Part shown: positions 27,407 to 35,764 of the stretch, in pieces
Numbering within the stretch: position 1 is the first letter of the stretch
How the letters are laid out: every line of letters begins with the position of its first letter
Assembly (NCBI GenBank): GCA_022711175.1
Contig: JAKLFM010000001.1
Span: 1,777-65,776, forward strand
DNA length: 64,000 nt
Direction of reading: 5' to 3'
Source of the DNA: Bacteroidota bacterium
Lineage (GTDB): Bacteria > Bacteroidota > Bacteroidia > Bacteroidales > UBA4417
Notes under the pieces: model-generated
The model's database searches: none
What the model was told of the DNA's origin: nothing
Seen by the model: only the letters and a program-made list of their open reading frames with translations
Translations under genes and position numbers: made by a program

Positions 27407-28015
27407 ATGAAAAAATCACTCCTCTGGATCGGTGGCCTCATACTTCTGGCTGTCATTCTTTATACCTGGTTGTCAGGCGTTTATAACGGACTGGTAACCT
27501 CCGAACAAAGTGTGAATAAAACCTGGGCCGATGTTCAGGGTGCATATCAGCGCCGTGCCGACCTCATACCCAATCTTGTTGCCACTGTTAAGCAATACGC
27601 CAACTATGAACAGCAAACTTTGATACAGGTAATAGAAGCGCGCGCCAAGGCAACCAAAACCGACATCAATATTGATCCCAAGAACCTTGATGCCAACACA
27701 TTAGCCAAATTCCAGGAAAGCCAGGGGCAACTCACCTCCGATCTTTCAAAACTGCTTGTGATTGTTGAACAATACCCGCAACTCAAGGCAAATGAGAATT
27801 TCATGCAGTTGCAGAACGAGCTTGAACGCACCGAAAACCGAATCAATGTTGAGCGCCGCAATTTTAATGAATCCGTTCAGCAGTATAATACAAAATTGCT
27901 GCGGTTCCCTACCAACCTGCTTGCAGGCATGTTCGGCTTCAGCAAAAGAGCGTATTTCGAAGCTGACAAAGGCGCCGAGAATGCTCCAAAAGTTGACGAC
28001 CTGTTCAATAAATAA
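27407..28015 (+). CDS. lemA: LemA family protein
   Basis: It has an N-terminal TM helix, QRRADLIPNLV and the motif ENRINVERRNFNESVQQYN. Confidence 0.85.
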   Translation: MKKSLLWIGGLILLAVILYTWLSGVYNGLVTSEQSVNKTWADVQGAYQRRADLIPNLVATVKQYANYEQQTLIQVIEARAKATKTDINIDPKNLDANTLAKFQESQGQLTSDLSKLLVIVEQYPQLKANENFMQLQNELERTENRINVERRNFNESVQQYNTKLLRFPTNLLAGMFGFSKRAYFEADKGAENAPKVDDLFNK

Positions 28016-28026
28016 TTCCGGACTTC

Positions 28027-28473
28027 ATGAAGGATAATGCCCGTAGCTTCTTCACCCCTGAACAGCAGGAGGATTTGAAACTCGCAATCATGCATGCCGA
28101 ACTCGATACCTCAGGCGAAATCCGCATCCATATAGAAACCCGATGCCGCGGCGAAGCCAACGACAGGGCAGCCCAGATTTTCAAAATCCTTGGCATGGAC
28201 AAAACTGAGCTCCGCAATGGAATCCTGTTTTACCTAGCCCTAAAGAACCGAAAGTTTGCCGTAATAGGCGACTCGGGAATCAACGCCATGGTTGAGGAAA
28301 ACTTCTGGCAACAACTTAAAGCCATCCTTATCGAACATTTTGCCCAGGACAAATTCACCGAAGGCCTCGTCGTATGCATCGGCAAAGTTGGTGCTGAATT
28401 GAAAAAGTATTTCCCTCACCAGCGCAATGACATTAACGAACTAACGGATGATTTGTCGTTTGGCGACGAGTAA
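28027..28473 (+). CDS. TPM domain-containing protein
   Basis: The sequence contains SGEIRIHIE...RNGILFYLALKNRKFAVIGDSGI. It sits in the usual LemA-TPM-TPM gene order. Confidence 0.7.
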   Translation: MKDNARSFFTPEQQEDLKLAIMHAELDTSGEIRIHIETRCRGEANDRAAQIFKILGMDKTELRNGILFYLALKNRKFAVIGDSGINAMVEENFWQQLKAILIEHFAQDKFTEGLVVCIGKVGAELKKYFPHQRNDINELTDDLSFGDE

Positions 28474-28503
28474 AACCAAAAAACAGCCCTAATCCTGTCC
28501 TTG

Positions 28504-29304
28504 ATGCCCGGAAAATCACGTCACAGTTATTTGCTCTTGTTCATGTTGATCGTACTGCCTTTTGGCGGTGTATTGGCTGATGAGGGCATCCCTCCTGCCC
28601 CAAATCCTCCGCGGTTGGTAAACGATTTAGCCGGGATATTACAACCTGCCCAAATTGAGGAACTCGAGAACAAACTTGTGGCATTCAGCGATTCCTCTTC
28701 AACGCAGATTGTAGTAGTTACGATTTCAAGCTTAAACGGAAACGAAATCTCCGATTTCACCCAAAAGCTCGGACAAGCATGGGGAGTAGGAACAAAACAG
28801 TATAACAACGGGTGTGTCATCCTTGTCAAACCTAAATCCGATACCGAGAATGGTGAAGCCGATATTGAAACAGGCTATGGGCTGGAGCACCTTATCACCG
28901 ACGCAGATGCATGGAATATCATCAACAGAGAGATGATCCCCTACTTCAAGCAAAACGACTATTACGGAGGAATTAATGCCGGGGCGGATGCTGTCATCAG
29001 GTTCACCACGGGTGAGTACAAGTCCGACAGCTACGGCAAATCGAATGCAGGTGGAGAGAGTATTCTCGGCATCATCATTGTTATCATTGTAATTATCATC
29101 ATACTGAGCAAATTCAACCGCAACAATCACCGCACCATAGGCCGAAGTACCGGTATGGGACCGATCTTCTGGCCCGGCAATTCCGGTGGACACTGGGGTG
29201 GTTTCAGCGGCGGCAGCGGCGGATTCGGCGGCGGTGGAGGTGGAGGTTTCGGCGGTTTTGGCGGCGGCAGTTTCGGCGGCGGCGGCGCCAGCGGAAGCTG
29301 GTAA
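28504..29304 (+). CDS. TPM domain protein, YgcG-like, with TM helix and Gly-rich tail
   Basis: The TPM core reads VNDLAGILQP...QIVVVTI...GCVILV. It is followed by the TM helix ILGIIIVIIVIIIIL and a tail GGFGGGGGGGFGGFGGGSFGGGGASGSW. Confidence 0.75.
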   Translation: MPGKSRHSYLLLFMLIVLPFGGVLADEGIPPAPNPPRLVNDLAGILQPAQIEELENKLVAFSDSSSTQIVVVTISSLNGNEISDFTQKLGQAWGVGTKQYNNGCVILVKPKSDTENGEADIETGYGLEHLITDADAWNIINREMIPYFKQNDYYGGINAGADAVIRFTTGEYKSDSYGKSNAGGESILGIIIVIIVIIIILSKFNRNNHRTIGRSTGMGPIFWPGNSGGHWGGFSGGSGGFGGGGGGGFGGFGGGSFGGGGASGSW

Positions 29305-29380
29305 ATCAGGCCTATCGTTGAAACTTATGCTATCTGCTCACAACTTCACATATATATTTTTGATGGTTGTGTGAATTGAT

Positions 29381-29388
29381 TACTTTTG
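29381..29388 (+). promoter_or_regulatory. putative -7 box TACTTTTG (a second candidate TATTTTTG lies at 29355-29362)
   Basis: It matches TAnnTTTG and lies 22 nt upstream of the ATG at 29411. Confidence 0.35.
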
Positions 29389-29410
29389 TCGTGAAGTAAT
29401 CCATTCATTC

Positions 29411-32400
29411 ATGAAAAAATATCTACACTCTCTGTTGCCTGTAATACTGATGCTGGCATGTTTCAGTGTTTCTGCCCAGGAAAAACCTGAGGCCCTTCCC
29501 GACACTTCTCAATATCCATACTGGATAAAGATGATGCAGGACCCTGATGCCAACTTTTTTCAAACTCAGCGTGCCTTTAATCAATACTGGCAAGGAAGGG
29601 AAATCACCAAAGGCTGTGGATGGAAACCTTTTAAGAGATGGGAAAGCTACATGCAAACGCGTGTATCGCCCGAAGGCGTGAAGCCCGCGCCCGATGCTGT
29701 ATTCAATGCATACAATCAATATATGCAGCAGCACGACCAGGCAACCTCGCTCAACGGCAACTGGGTAAGCCAGGGGCCTTTTTCAATTCCAACAGCCAAA
29801 GGCTACCAGGGCTTGGGGCGAATCAATGCCATTGCTTTCCATCCTACCGATCCTGACATCCTTTACATTGGCGCGCCATCGGGTGGCCTGTGGGTAACTA
29901 CCCAGGGCGGCAATAGCTGGACAACCAATACCGATATACTTCCTACATTAGGAGTATCGGCCATTGCCATCAACCCGGCAAACCCGCAAATCATATATAT
30001 CGGTACCGGCGACCGCGATGCCGGCGATGCACCGGGAATAGGTGTTATGAAAAGCACCGATGGCGGTGTAACCTGGAACCTTGCCAACAGCGGAATGGGC
30101 AGCAAGGTTGTGAGCAAAATGCTCATCGTTACGAGCAATCCTGATATTGTAATTGCTGCCACAACCGGCGGCATGTATAAATCAACCGATGGTGGAGAAA
30201 ACTGGGTGTTCAAGGCAGGCGGTAGTTTCAAGGACTTGGTCTTCAAACCCGGAAACCAGGAAATCTTATATGCTGCAGCTGATGCAAGGTTCTACCGTTC
30301 GACCGACCAGGGCGAAACATGGACCCAGATTACATCGGGAATACCATCCGCATCAAGAGGAGTTATCGGCGTTTCGCCGGCAAATCCCGAAATGGTTTAT
30401 TTTCTGCTTGCTAAGAGTGATAACGGTTTCAAAGGTGTTTACAGGTCGGTTGACGGTGGTTTGAATTTTACTACCCGGTCAACCTCTCCCAACATCATGG
30501 ATTGGTCGTGCGACGGTAGCGGAAGCGGCGGCCAGGCCTGGTATGACCTTTGTATGACTGTTGACCCGCTGGATGCCGATGTGATTTATGCCGGCGGAGT
30601 GAACGTTTGGAAATCAGCGAATGGCGGAACATCCTGGCAAATCAGCGGCCATTGGTACGGAGGTTGCGGTGTTCCGGCAGTACATGCCGATCAGCATGTA
30701 TTTGAAGTGAATCCCCTCAACAACAGGATTTACGTAGGCAACGACGGTGGTATTTACTACACTGAAAATGGCGGCACTAACTGGCCCGAAATCAGCAACG
30801 GGCTTGCCATCAGCCAGACCTACAAACTCGGACAGAGCGCCACTGTTGACGAACGTGTGGTGAATGGTTACCAGGACAATGGCTCGTCGCTGTACGACGC
30901 CGGTTCGTGGTATGCCATCGGTGGCGGCGACGGTATGGAATGCGCCATTGATTATACTAATCCATTGTACAGCTATACAACGGTTTACTACGGTTCCATC
31001 GACAGGCACTACGGACTAAACAACCAGGGCGCTATTGCAGGTAACGGAACCAACGGAATTGATGAAGAAGGCGCCTGGGTTACACCGTTCATTATCGATG
31101 AAAAAGACCCAAATACCATGTTCATTGGTTATAAAAACATATGGCGCAGCCGCAATATCAAAAACTCATCTACCGGGGGAGTTAAGTGGACCAAGATTTC
31201 TACCATTAATACGGGCAATCTTTCGGTTCTTGAACAATCTCCGGTGAACACCGACCTGCTGTATGCCTCCAGCAGTGGCAGTATGTACATCTGTACAAAT
31301 GCCCAGGGAGATGAACCTGCCTGGACAAACATTTCGTCATTCCTTCCATCTGGATCGGAAATTACTGATATTGAAGCACATCCTTTTGAAGAAAACACGC
31401 TTTATATCACCCAATCCGACAATAAAATCTATAAATCAACCGATCGCGGCATCACCTGGACAAATATTACCGGAAGCCTGCCCAGCATCCATTTCAGCGG
31501 GGTGGTTTACTATAAAAACAGTATGGAAGGCTTGTACCTTGCCACCGATGCAGGCGTGTTTTACCGTGATCAATCCATGACCGATTGGATTCCCTTTAAC
31601 AACGGAATGCCAGCCAATGCTAGGGTTACTGAACTCGAGATTTATTACGACCCGGTGAGCGTTGCCAACGACAGGCTGAAAGCTGCAACTTACGGACGCG
31701 GCCTTTGGAAATCGGACATGTATTTCGCCACCCCCGTTACTGATTTTGAAGCCGACAGAACGCTGGTTCCTCCGGGATGCCCGGTCAGTTTCAAAGACCT
31801 CTCGTTTGGTGTGCCTTTCGAGTGGGACTGGACATTTGTGGGAGGTACGCCGGGTACTTCAAACGAAAAAAATCCATCGGGCATAACATACAGCACTCCC
31901 GGCACCTACCTTGTGGAACTGACAACCACGAATACCGCGGGTTCCAATACGCTGACAAAGACAGCTTATATCACGGTAAGCGACACATTAAAGCCCGCTG
32001 CTGACTTTGCTGCCGATCAAAAAGTTTTCTGTTCAGCTGGCGTGACCGTAAAATTCACTGACGAAACAGACTACTGCCCAAACACATGGCAATGGGAATT
32101 CACACCCAATACCGTTTCGTTTGTAAACGGAACCAATGTGAGTTCGCAGAATCCACAGGTAATGTTCAACCAAAACGGCAGCTACACCGTGCAACTGGTG
32201 GTTTCCAATGCCAACGGTTATGATGTGGCCGTTAAGCAGGATTATATCATGGTAGGTGGTTACCCTTTGCCATTCAACGAAGATTTTGAAACCATGCAAT
32301 TTGATACCCGGAGCTGGGTAGTTGAAAATCCCGATATGAGCATTACCTGGGACATCGATACCATTTATGCCAACGGTAACAGCCAGTACGCTGCCCGTAT

Positions 32401-33085
32401 GGATTTCTTTCACTATGCAGCACCTCCCGGCCGACGCGACAGGCTCATTTCGCCTGCCCTCGACTTCAGCGGCATGAACAGCGTTGAGCTCACTTTCGAC
32501 CATGCCTATGCTTCCCGCTTCACCACTTCATCCGATTCACTGATTATTTATGTTTCGGCTGATTGCGGCGAAAACTGGACGCGTGTATTCCAGGCCGGAG
32601 AAAAAGGTCAGGGTACATTTGCCACCACTCCCAAAACTACAACACTGTATGTACCAACTATTGTTGACGACTGGTGCGGAATTGGCTGGGGCAGCCAGTG
32701 TATCTCTGTCGATCTGAGCCCCTGGGCTAATATTACCGGCGTAAAAATCGCACTCGAATCGTATAACCGCTTCAGCAACAACCTGTATATCGACAACCTC
32801 AGCATTGCCCAACCTACGGGAATGATTGCACCGCAAAGCATCGGTGGTATCGCGGTATTTCCAAATCCTGCAAAAGGGTTCGTGACAATAACCTCCGACC
32901 AGCCGCTGGGCAAAACCTCACTGGCAATTGTTGACATGGCAGGCATTATCCGTATCAAAAGAACTGCTGACGGCAATCACGCTATCCATGAAACTCTTGA
33001 CATCCGTGATCTGAACCCGGGCATGTATTTCATCAAGATTGACGCCGAACAGAAATCAATCACCCGCAAGCTTGTAATCAACTAA
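29411..33085 (+). CDS. BNR/Asp-box (sortilin/VPS10-type) beta-propeller protein with PKD domains and T9SS sorting domain
   Basis: It has seven or more Asp-boxes (STDGGVTW, STDGGENW, STDQGETW, SANGGTSW, TENGGTNW, STDRGITW and others) and two PKD-like modules (FKDLSFGVPFEWDWTF..., FTDETDYCPNTWQWEF...). The C-terminus VFPNPAKGFVTITS...GMYFIKI...RKLVIN is a sorting domain. Confidence 0.8.
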   Translation: MKKYLHSLLPVILMLACFSVSAQEKPEALPDTSQYPYWIKMMQDPDANFFQTQRAFNQYWQGREITKGCGWKPFKRWESYMQTRVSPEGVKPAPDAVFNAYNQYMQQHDQATSLNGNWVSQGPFSIPTAKGYQGLGRINAIAFHPTDPDILYIGAPSGGLWVTTQGGNSWTTNTDILPTLGVSAIAINPANPQIIYIGTGDRDAGDAPGIGVMKSTDGGVTWNLANSGMGSKVVSKMLIVTSNPDIVIAATTGGMYKSTDGGENWVFKAGGSFKDLVFKPGNQEILYAAADARFYRSTDQGETWTQITSGIPSASRGVIGVSPANPEMVYFLLAKSDNGFKGVYRSVDGGLNFTTRSTSPNIMDWSCDGSGSGGQAWYDLCMTVDPLDADVIYAGGVNVWKSANGGTSWQISGHWYGGCGVPAVHADQHVFEVNPLNNRIYVGNDGGIYYTENGGTNWPEISNGLAISQTYKLGQSATVDERVVNGYQDNGSSLYDAGSWYAIGGGDGMECAIDYTNPLYSYTTVYYGSIDRHYGLNNQGAIAGNGTNGIDEEGAWVTPFIIDEKDPNTMFIGYKNIWRSRNIKNSSTGGVKWTKISTINTGNLSVLEQSPVNTDLLYASSSGSMYICTNAQGDEPAWTNISSFLPSGSEITDIEAHPFEENTLYITQSDNKIYKSTDRGITWTNITGSLPSIHFSGVVYYKNSMEGLYLATDAGVFYRDQSMTDWIPFNNGMPANARVTELEIYYDPVSVANDRLKAATYGRGLWKSDMYFATPVTDFEADRTLVPPGCPVSFKDLSFGVPFEWDWTFVGGTPGTSNEKNPSGITYSTPGTYLVELTTTNTAGSNTLTKTAYITVSDTLKPAADFAADQKVFCSAGVTVKFTDETDYCPNTWQWEFTPNTVSFVNGTNVSSQNPQVMFNQNGSYTVQLVVSNANGYDVAVKQDYIMVGGYPLPFNEDFETMQFDTRSWVVENPDMSITWDIDTIYANGNSQYAARMDFFHYAAPPGRRDRLISPALDFSGMNSVELTFDHAYASRFTTSSDSLIIYVSADCGENWTRVFQAGEKGQGTFATTPKTTTLYVPTIVDDWCGIGWGSQCISVDLSPWANITGVKIALESYNRFSNNLYIDNLSIAQPTGMIAPQSIGGIAVFPNPAKGFVTITSDQPLGKTSLAIVDMAGIIRIKRTADGNHAIHETLDIRDLNPGMYFIKIDAEQKSITRKLVIN

Positions 33086-33105
33086 ACATACTCCTCTTTC
33101 AGAAA

Positions 33106-33132
33106 AACCTGCCATTTCCCGGCAGGTTTTTT
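33106..33132 (+). terminator. rho-independent terminator
   Basis: CCTGCC-atttccc-GGCAGG is followed by TTTTTT. Confidence 0.65.
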
Positions 33133-33139
33133 AATTTTG
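33132..33139 (+). promoter_or_regulatory. putative -7 box TAATTTTG
   Basis: It matches TAnnTTTG and lies 15 nt upstream of the ATG at 33155. This argues against the TTG start at 33137. Confidence 0.35.
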
Positions 33140-33154
33140 AGGCAGATAAAGGCC

Positions 33155-33868
33155 ATGCAAATATTCTATTCACCTGACATTTTGAGCAACACTATTCCTC
33201 AGCAGGTTCAACTGGGTGAGGAAGAATCGGCCCATTGTGTGAGGGTGCTGCGTAAGAAGATTGGGGATACCATCCAGATCACCGACGGGCGGGGAGGTTT
33301 GTTTGAAGCCATAGTGAACAACAATGACCCGAAAAAGTGTCTGGTCACCATTGTTACTGCTTCAGGAGTCCTGCCTCAAAAGCCTTTCAGGTTGCATGTT
33401 GCCGTTGCCCCCACCAAGAACACCGACCGCTTTGAATGGTTCCTTGAAAAAGCTACCGAAATAGGTATTACCGAGATCACTCCAATCATCTGTGAACACT
33501 CGGAACGAACCGTTCTCCGCACCGACCGGCTGCAGAAAGTCCTCATATCGGCCATGAAACAGTCGCTGAACCTGCACCTTCCATTACTGAACGAGCCGGT
33601 TAAACTGGCCGATTTTCTGAAAAGAGAATTTGCAGGACAGAAATTCATCGGCTATGTGGAAGAAAAACAGGAAGTTCTGTTGAATGAACTATATCAAAAA
33701 GGTTCTGACTGTGTTATTCTCATAGGTCCCGAAGGCGATTTCAGTAAGGATGAACTTGAAAAGGCAAAACGAACTGGATTTGAGACAATCAGCCTGGGAA
33801 ATTCGCGTTTAAGAACCGAGACGGCGGCCCTTGTCGCCACCATGACCATCAACTTACTGAACGATTGA
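33155..33868 (+). CDS. rsmE: 16S rRNA (uracil1498-N3)-methyltransferase
   Basis: MQIFYSP...H.VRVLR forms the PUA-like N-terminus. The C-terminal SPOUT knot reads ILIGPEGDFS..E........ISLG.SRLRTETAAL. Confidence 0.85.
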   Translation: MQIFYSPDILSNTIPQQVQLGEEESAHCVRVLRKKIGDTIQITDGRGGLFEAIVNNNDPKKCLVTIVTASGVLPQKPFRLHVAVAPTKNTDRFEWFLEKATEIGITEITPIICEHSERTVLRTDRLQKVLISAMKQSLNLHLPLLNEPVKLADFLKREFAGQKFIGYVEEKQEVLLNELYQKGSDCVILIGPEGDFSKDELEKAKRTGFETISLGNSRLRTETAALVATMTINLLND

Positions 33869-34518
33869 AAATGAAACGATATATCCTACTGGTATTCACA
33901 CTCTTATCACTGACTGCTGGAGCGCAATCCTTCCAGATCGCATTGCTAAAATACAACGGCGGCGGCGACTGGTATGCCAACCCAACCTCGCTTACCAACC
34001 TTATTGATTTTTGCAACAAGAACCTGGGAACCAACATCAGCAAGGATTACGCAACCGTGGATGTGGGCAGTGCCGAGATTTTCGATTATCCTTTTGTGCA
34101 CGTCACCGGGCATGGCAATATCATTTTCAACGACCAGGAAGCGCTAAACCTGAGGAACTACCTGTTGGCCGGCGGTTTCCTGCATATCTCCGACAATTAC
34201 GGCATTGATAAGTTCATCAGGCCGCAGATGAAGAAGTTGTTCCCCGAACTGGATTTTGTTGAACTGCCTTACTCCCACCCTATTTACCACCAGAAATACA
34301 ACTTCCCTAGCGGCCTGCCCAAAATACATGAACATGACAACAAGCCTGCCCAGGGTTTCGGACTGCTATGGGAAGGGAGACTGATCTGTTTTTATGATTA
34401 CGAATGCGACCTTGGCGACGGTTGGGAAGACCCCGACGTGCACAAGGACTCACCTGAAAAACGGTTGAAAGCCTTACAGATGGGGGCGAATATGATACAG
34501 TATGTGTTTACGAAGTAG
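33865..34518 (+). CDS. DUF4159 domain-containing protein
   Basis: It has a signal peptide and the motifs LKYNGGGDWYANPTSL, TGHGNI, GGFLHISDNYG, IHEHD and YECDLGDGWED. I recognise these as the conserved Bacteroidota DUF4159 family. Confidence 0.75.
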   Translation: MKMKRYILLVFTLLSLTAGAQSFQIALLKYNGGGDWYANPTSLTNLIDFCNKNLGTNISKDYATVDVGSAEIFDYPFVHVTGHGNIIFNDQEALNLRNYLLAGGFLHISDNYGIDKFIRPQMKKLFPELDFVELPYSHPIYHQKYNFPSGLPKIHEHDNKPAQGFGLLWEGRLICFYDYECDLGDGWEDPDVHKDSPEKRLKALQMGANMIQYVFTK

Positions 34519-34521
34519 AAG

Positions 34522-34610
34522 TTCCGGTTTCAAGTTTCAAGTTGCAAGTTTCAAGTTGCAGGCACCAGATTACAGCTTCAAGTTTCAAGTACCGGGTGCC
34601 AGGTTTCAGC
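34522..34610. repeat. 7-bp-periodic degenerate tandem array (junction spacer, copy A)
   Basis: It reads TTCCGGT TTCAAGT TTCAAGT TGCAAGT TTCAAGT TGCAGGC ... TCAAGTT TCAAGTA CCGGGTG CCAGGTT, starting directly after the DUF4159 stop. Confidence 0.75.
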
Positions 34611-34654
34611 AAACTGATTAGAAATGTTGGAAAAATAAATATAAGAAATGTTGA

Positions 34655-35404
34655 TTAATCAAAAGATTTCTCCTGAACAATATTACCTTTTTCATCAAAC
34701 TTTGTAATTCTTGTTTTTTTTCCACGTTCGTCGTATTCTTCCTGAGAATGAATAACGCCATTTTTATAAGAATCAACGACACTTCTGTAAATACCTTCTT
34801 TAAATGAATATTTTTTCCAGTGATCTTTATTAATCCGCCAAATATCAAGCGTTCCAGTGAACTTATTATTAATCAATACTTTAACAAGCCCATCTATCGC
34901 GCCGTAATAATCATACTGCCATTCGCCCGATGATGTCACCTGGCCACGGTCATTTTTCATTGCGACCTTTAATTCTTTTCCCTCAGAAATAAAAATATCT
35001 TCTTCGTGGTTTTCAATATCCAAATAAGTACTGTCAATCAATCCTTCTGAACTAATGATCTCAAAATGCTTATCAGAAGATCTGGAGTATCGCGTCACTC
35101 TAACCACTTTTGTATTAACATATTCAATCTCTTTACGCAGTCTGCCATCCGGAAAATTTATTTTCCATACACCAATTGGTTGACCATTATCATCAAAATA
35201 GTACTCCTTGTAAATAACATTGTTAGCATTTACATTCTGCCATTTTCCTATTTGCAACCCATTCTTAGTTATCCCCTGTTTTGTAAAACGCAGATATACA
35301 GAGTTATCTTTATTTGTAATCTCCAGCGTTTGAGCATCAATTTTAACATACGAAAGAAGTGCCAGCGCAATGCAAAGCAAGCATCTAAAACATCTGATTC
35401 TCAT
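34655..35404 (-). CDS. MORN-repeat-variant / YwqK-like secreted protein
   Basis: It has a signal peptide and repeated G.W..Y..(D/N)G motifs (YFDDNGQPIGVWKINFPDGRL, KNGVIHSQEEYDERGKK). The gene is markedly AT-rich compared with its flanks. Confidence 0.5.
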   Translation of the reverse strand: MRIRCFRCLLCIALALLSYVKIDAQTLEITNKDNSVYLRFTKQGITKNGLQIGKWQNVNANNVIYKEYYFDDNGQPIGVWKINFPDGRLRKEIEYVNTKVVRVTRYSRSSDKHFEIISSEGLIDSTYLDIENHEEDIFISEGKELKVAMKNDRGQVTSSGEWQYDYYGAIDGLVKVLINNKFTGTLDIWRINKDHWKKYSFKEGIYRSVVDSYKNGVIHSQEEYDERGKKTRITKFDEKGNIVQEKSFD

Positions 35405-35507
35405 GATTGATAGAAATATATCTTTAACAATCGATTAATAAATACAAATATCGAAAAAATAAAATCACATTGAAGAAGGTTCAATGGTAACGCAAATATG
35501 AATCCGG

Positions 35508-35750
35508 TTACTTTCTCATCAAAATCAATTGCTCCTCCAGCACCTTGATCCTTGCTTCGGCATCGGCTTGCTTTTTACGCTCAATTTCAACCACTTCGGG
35601 TTTGGCATTGGCTACGAAGCGCTCGTTTGAAAGCTTCATCATTACACTTTTTAGGAAACCTCTGGTATATTCAAGTTCCTGAGTGAGGCTGACAATTTCA
35701 GCATTAACATCAATCTGTTGTCCTAGCGGAACGTAGAATTCCCTAACAGT
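35508..35750 (-). pseudogene. detached, diverged copy of the valS 3' end (last ~80 codons plus stop)
   Basis: The minus-strand translation is [77 protein letters not shown]. It aligns with the C-terminus of the full valS at 41304-41545. There is no upstream valS sequence and no start codon. Confidence 0.85.
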
Positions 35751-35764
35751 ACTGTTCGGATTTT

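Noticed and set aside
29150-29304. GGC/GGT-rich repetitive DNA as a possible microsatellite
   Set aside because: It is in frame and encodes the Gly-rich C-terminal tail that is typical of YgcG-like TPM proteins. It is coding low complexity, not an intergenic repeat.
27407-29304. The LemA-TPM-TPM operon as a novel system
   Set aside because: This gene trio is a widespread, already recognised arrangement in Bacteroidota and other phyla. Nothing here departs from it.
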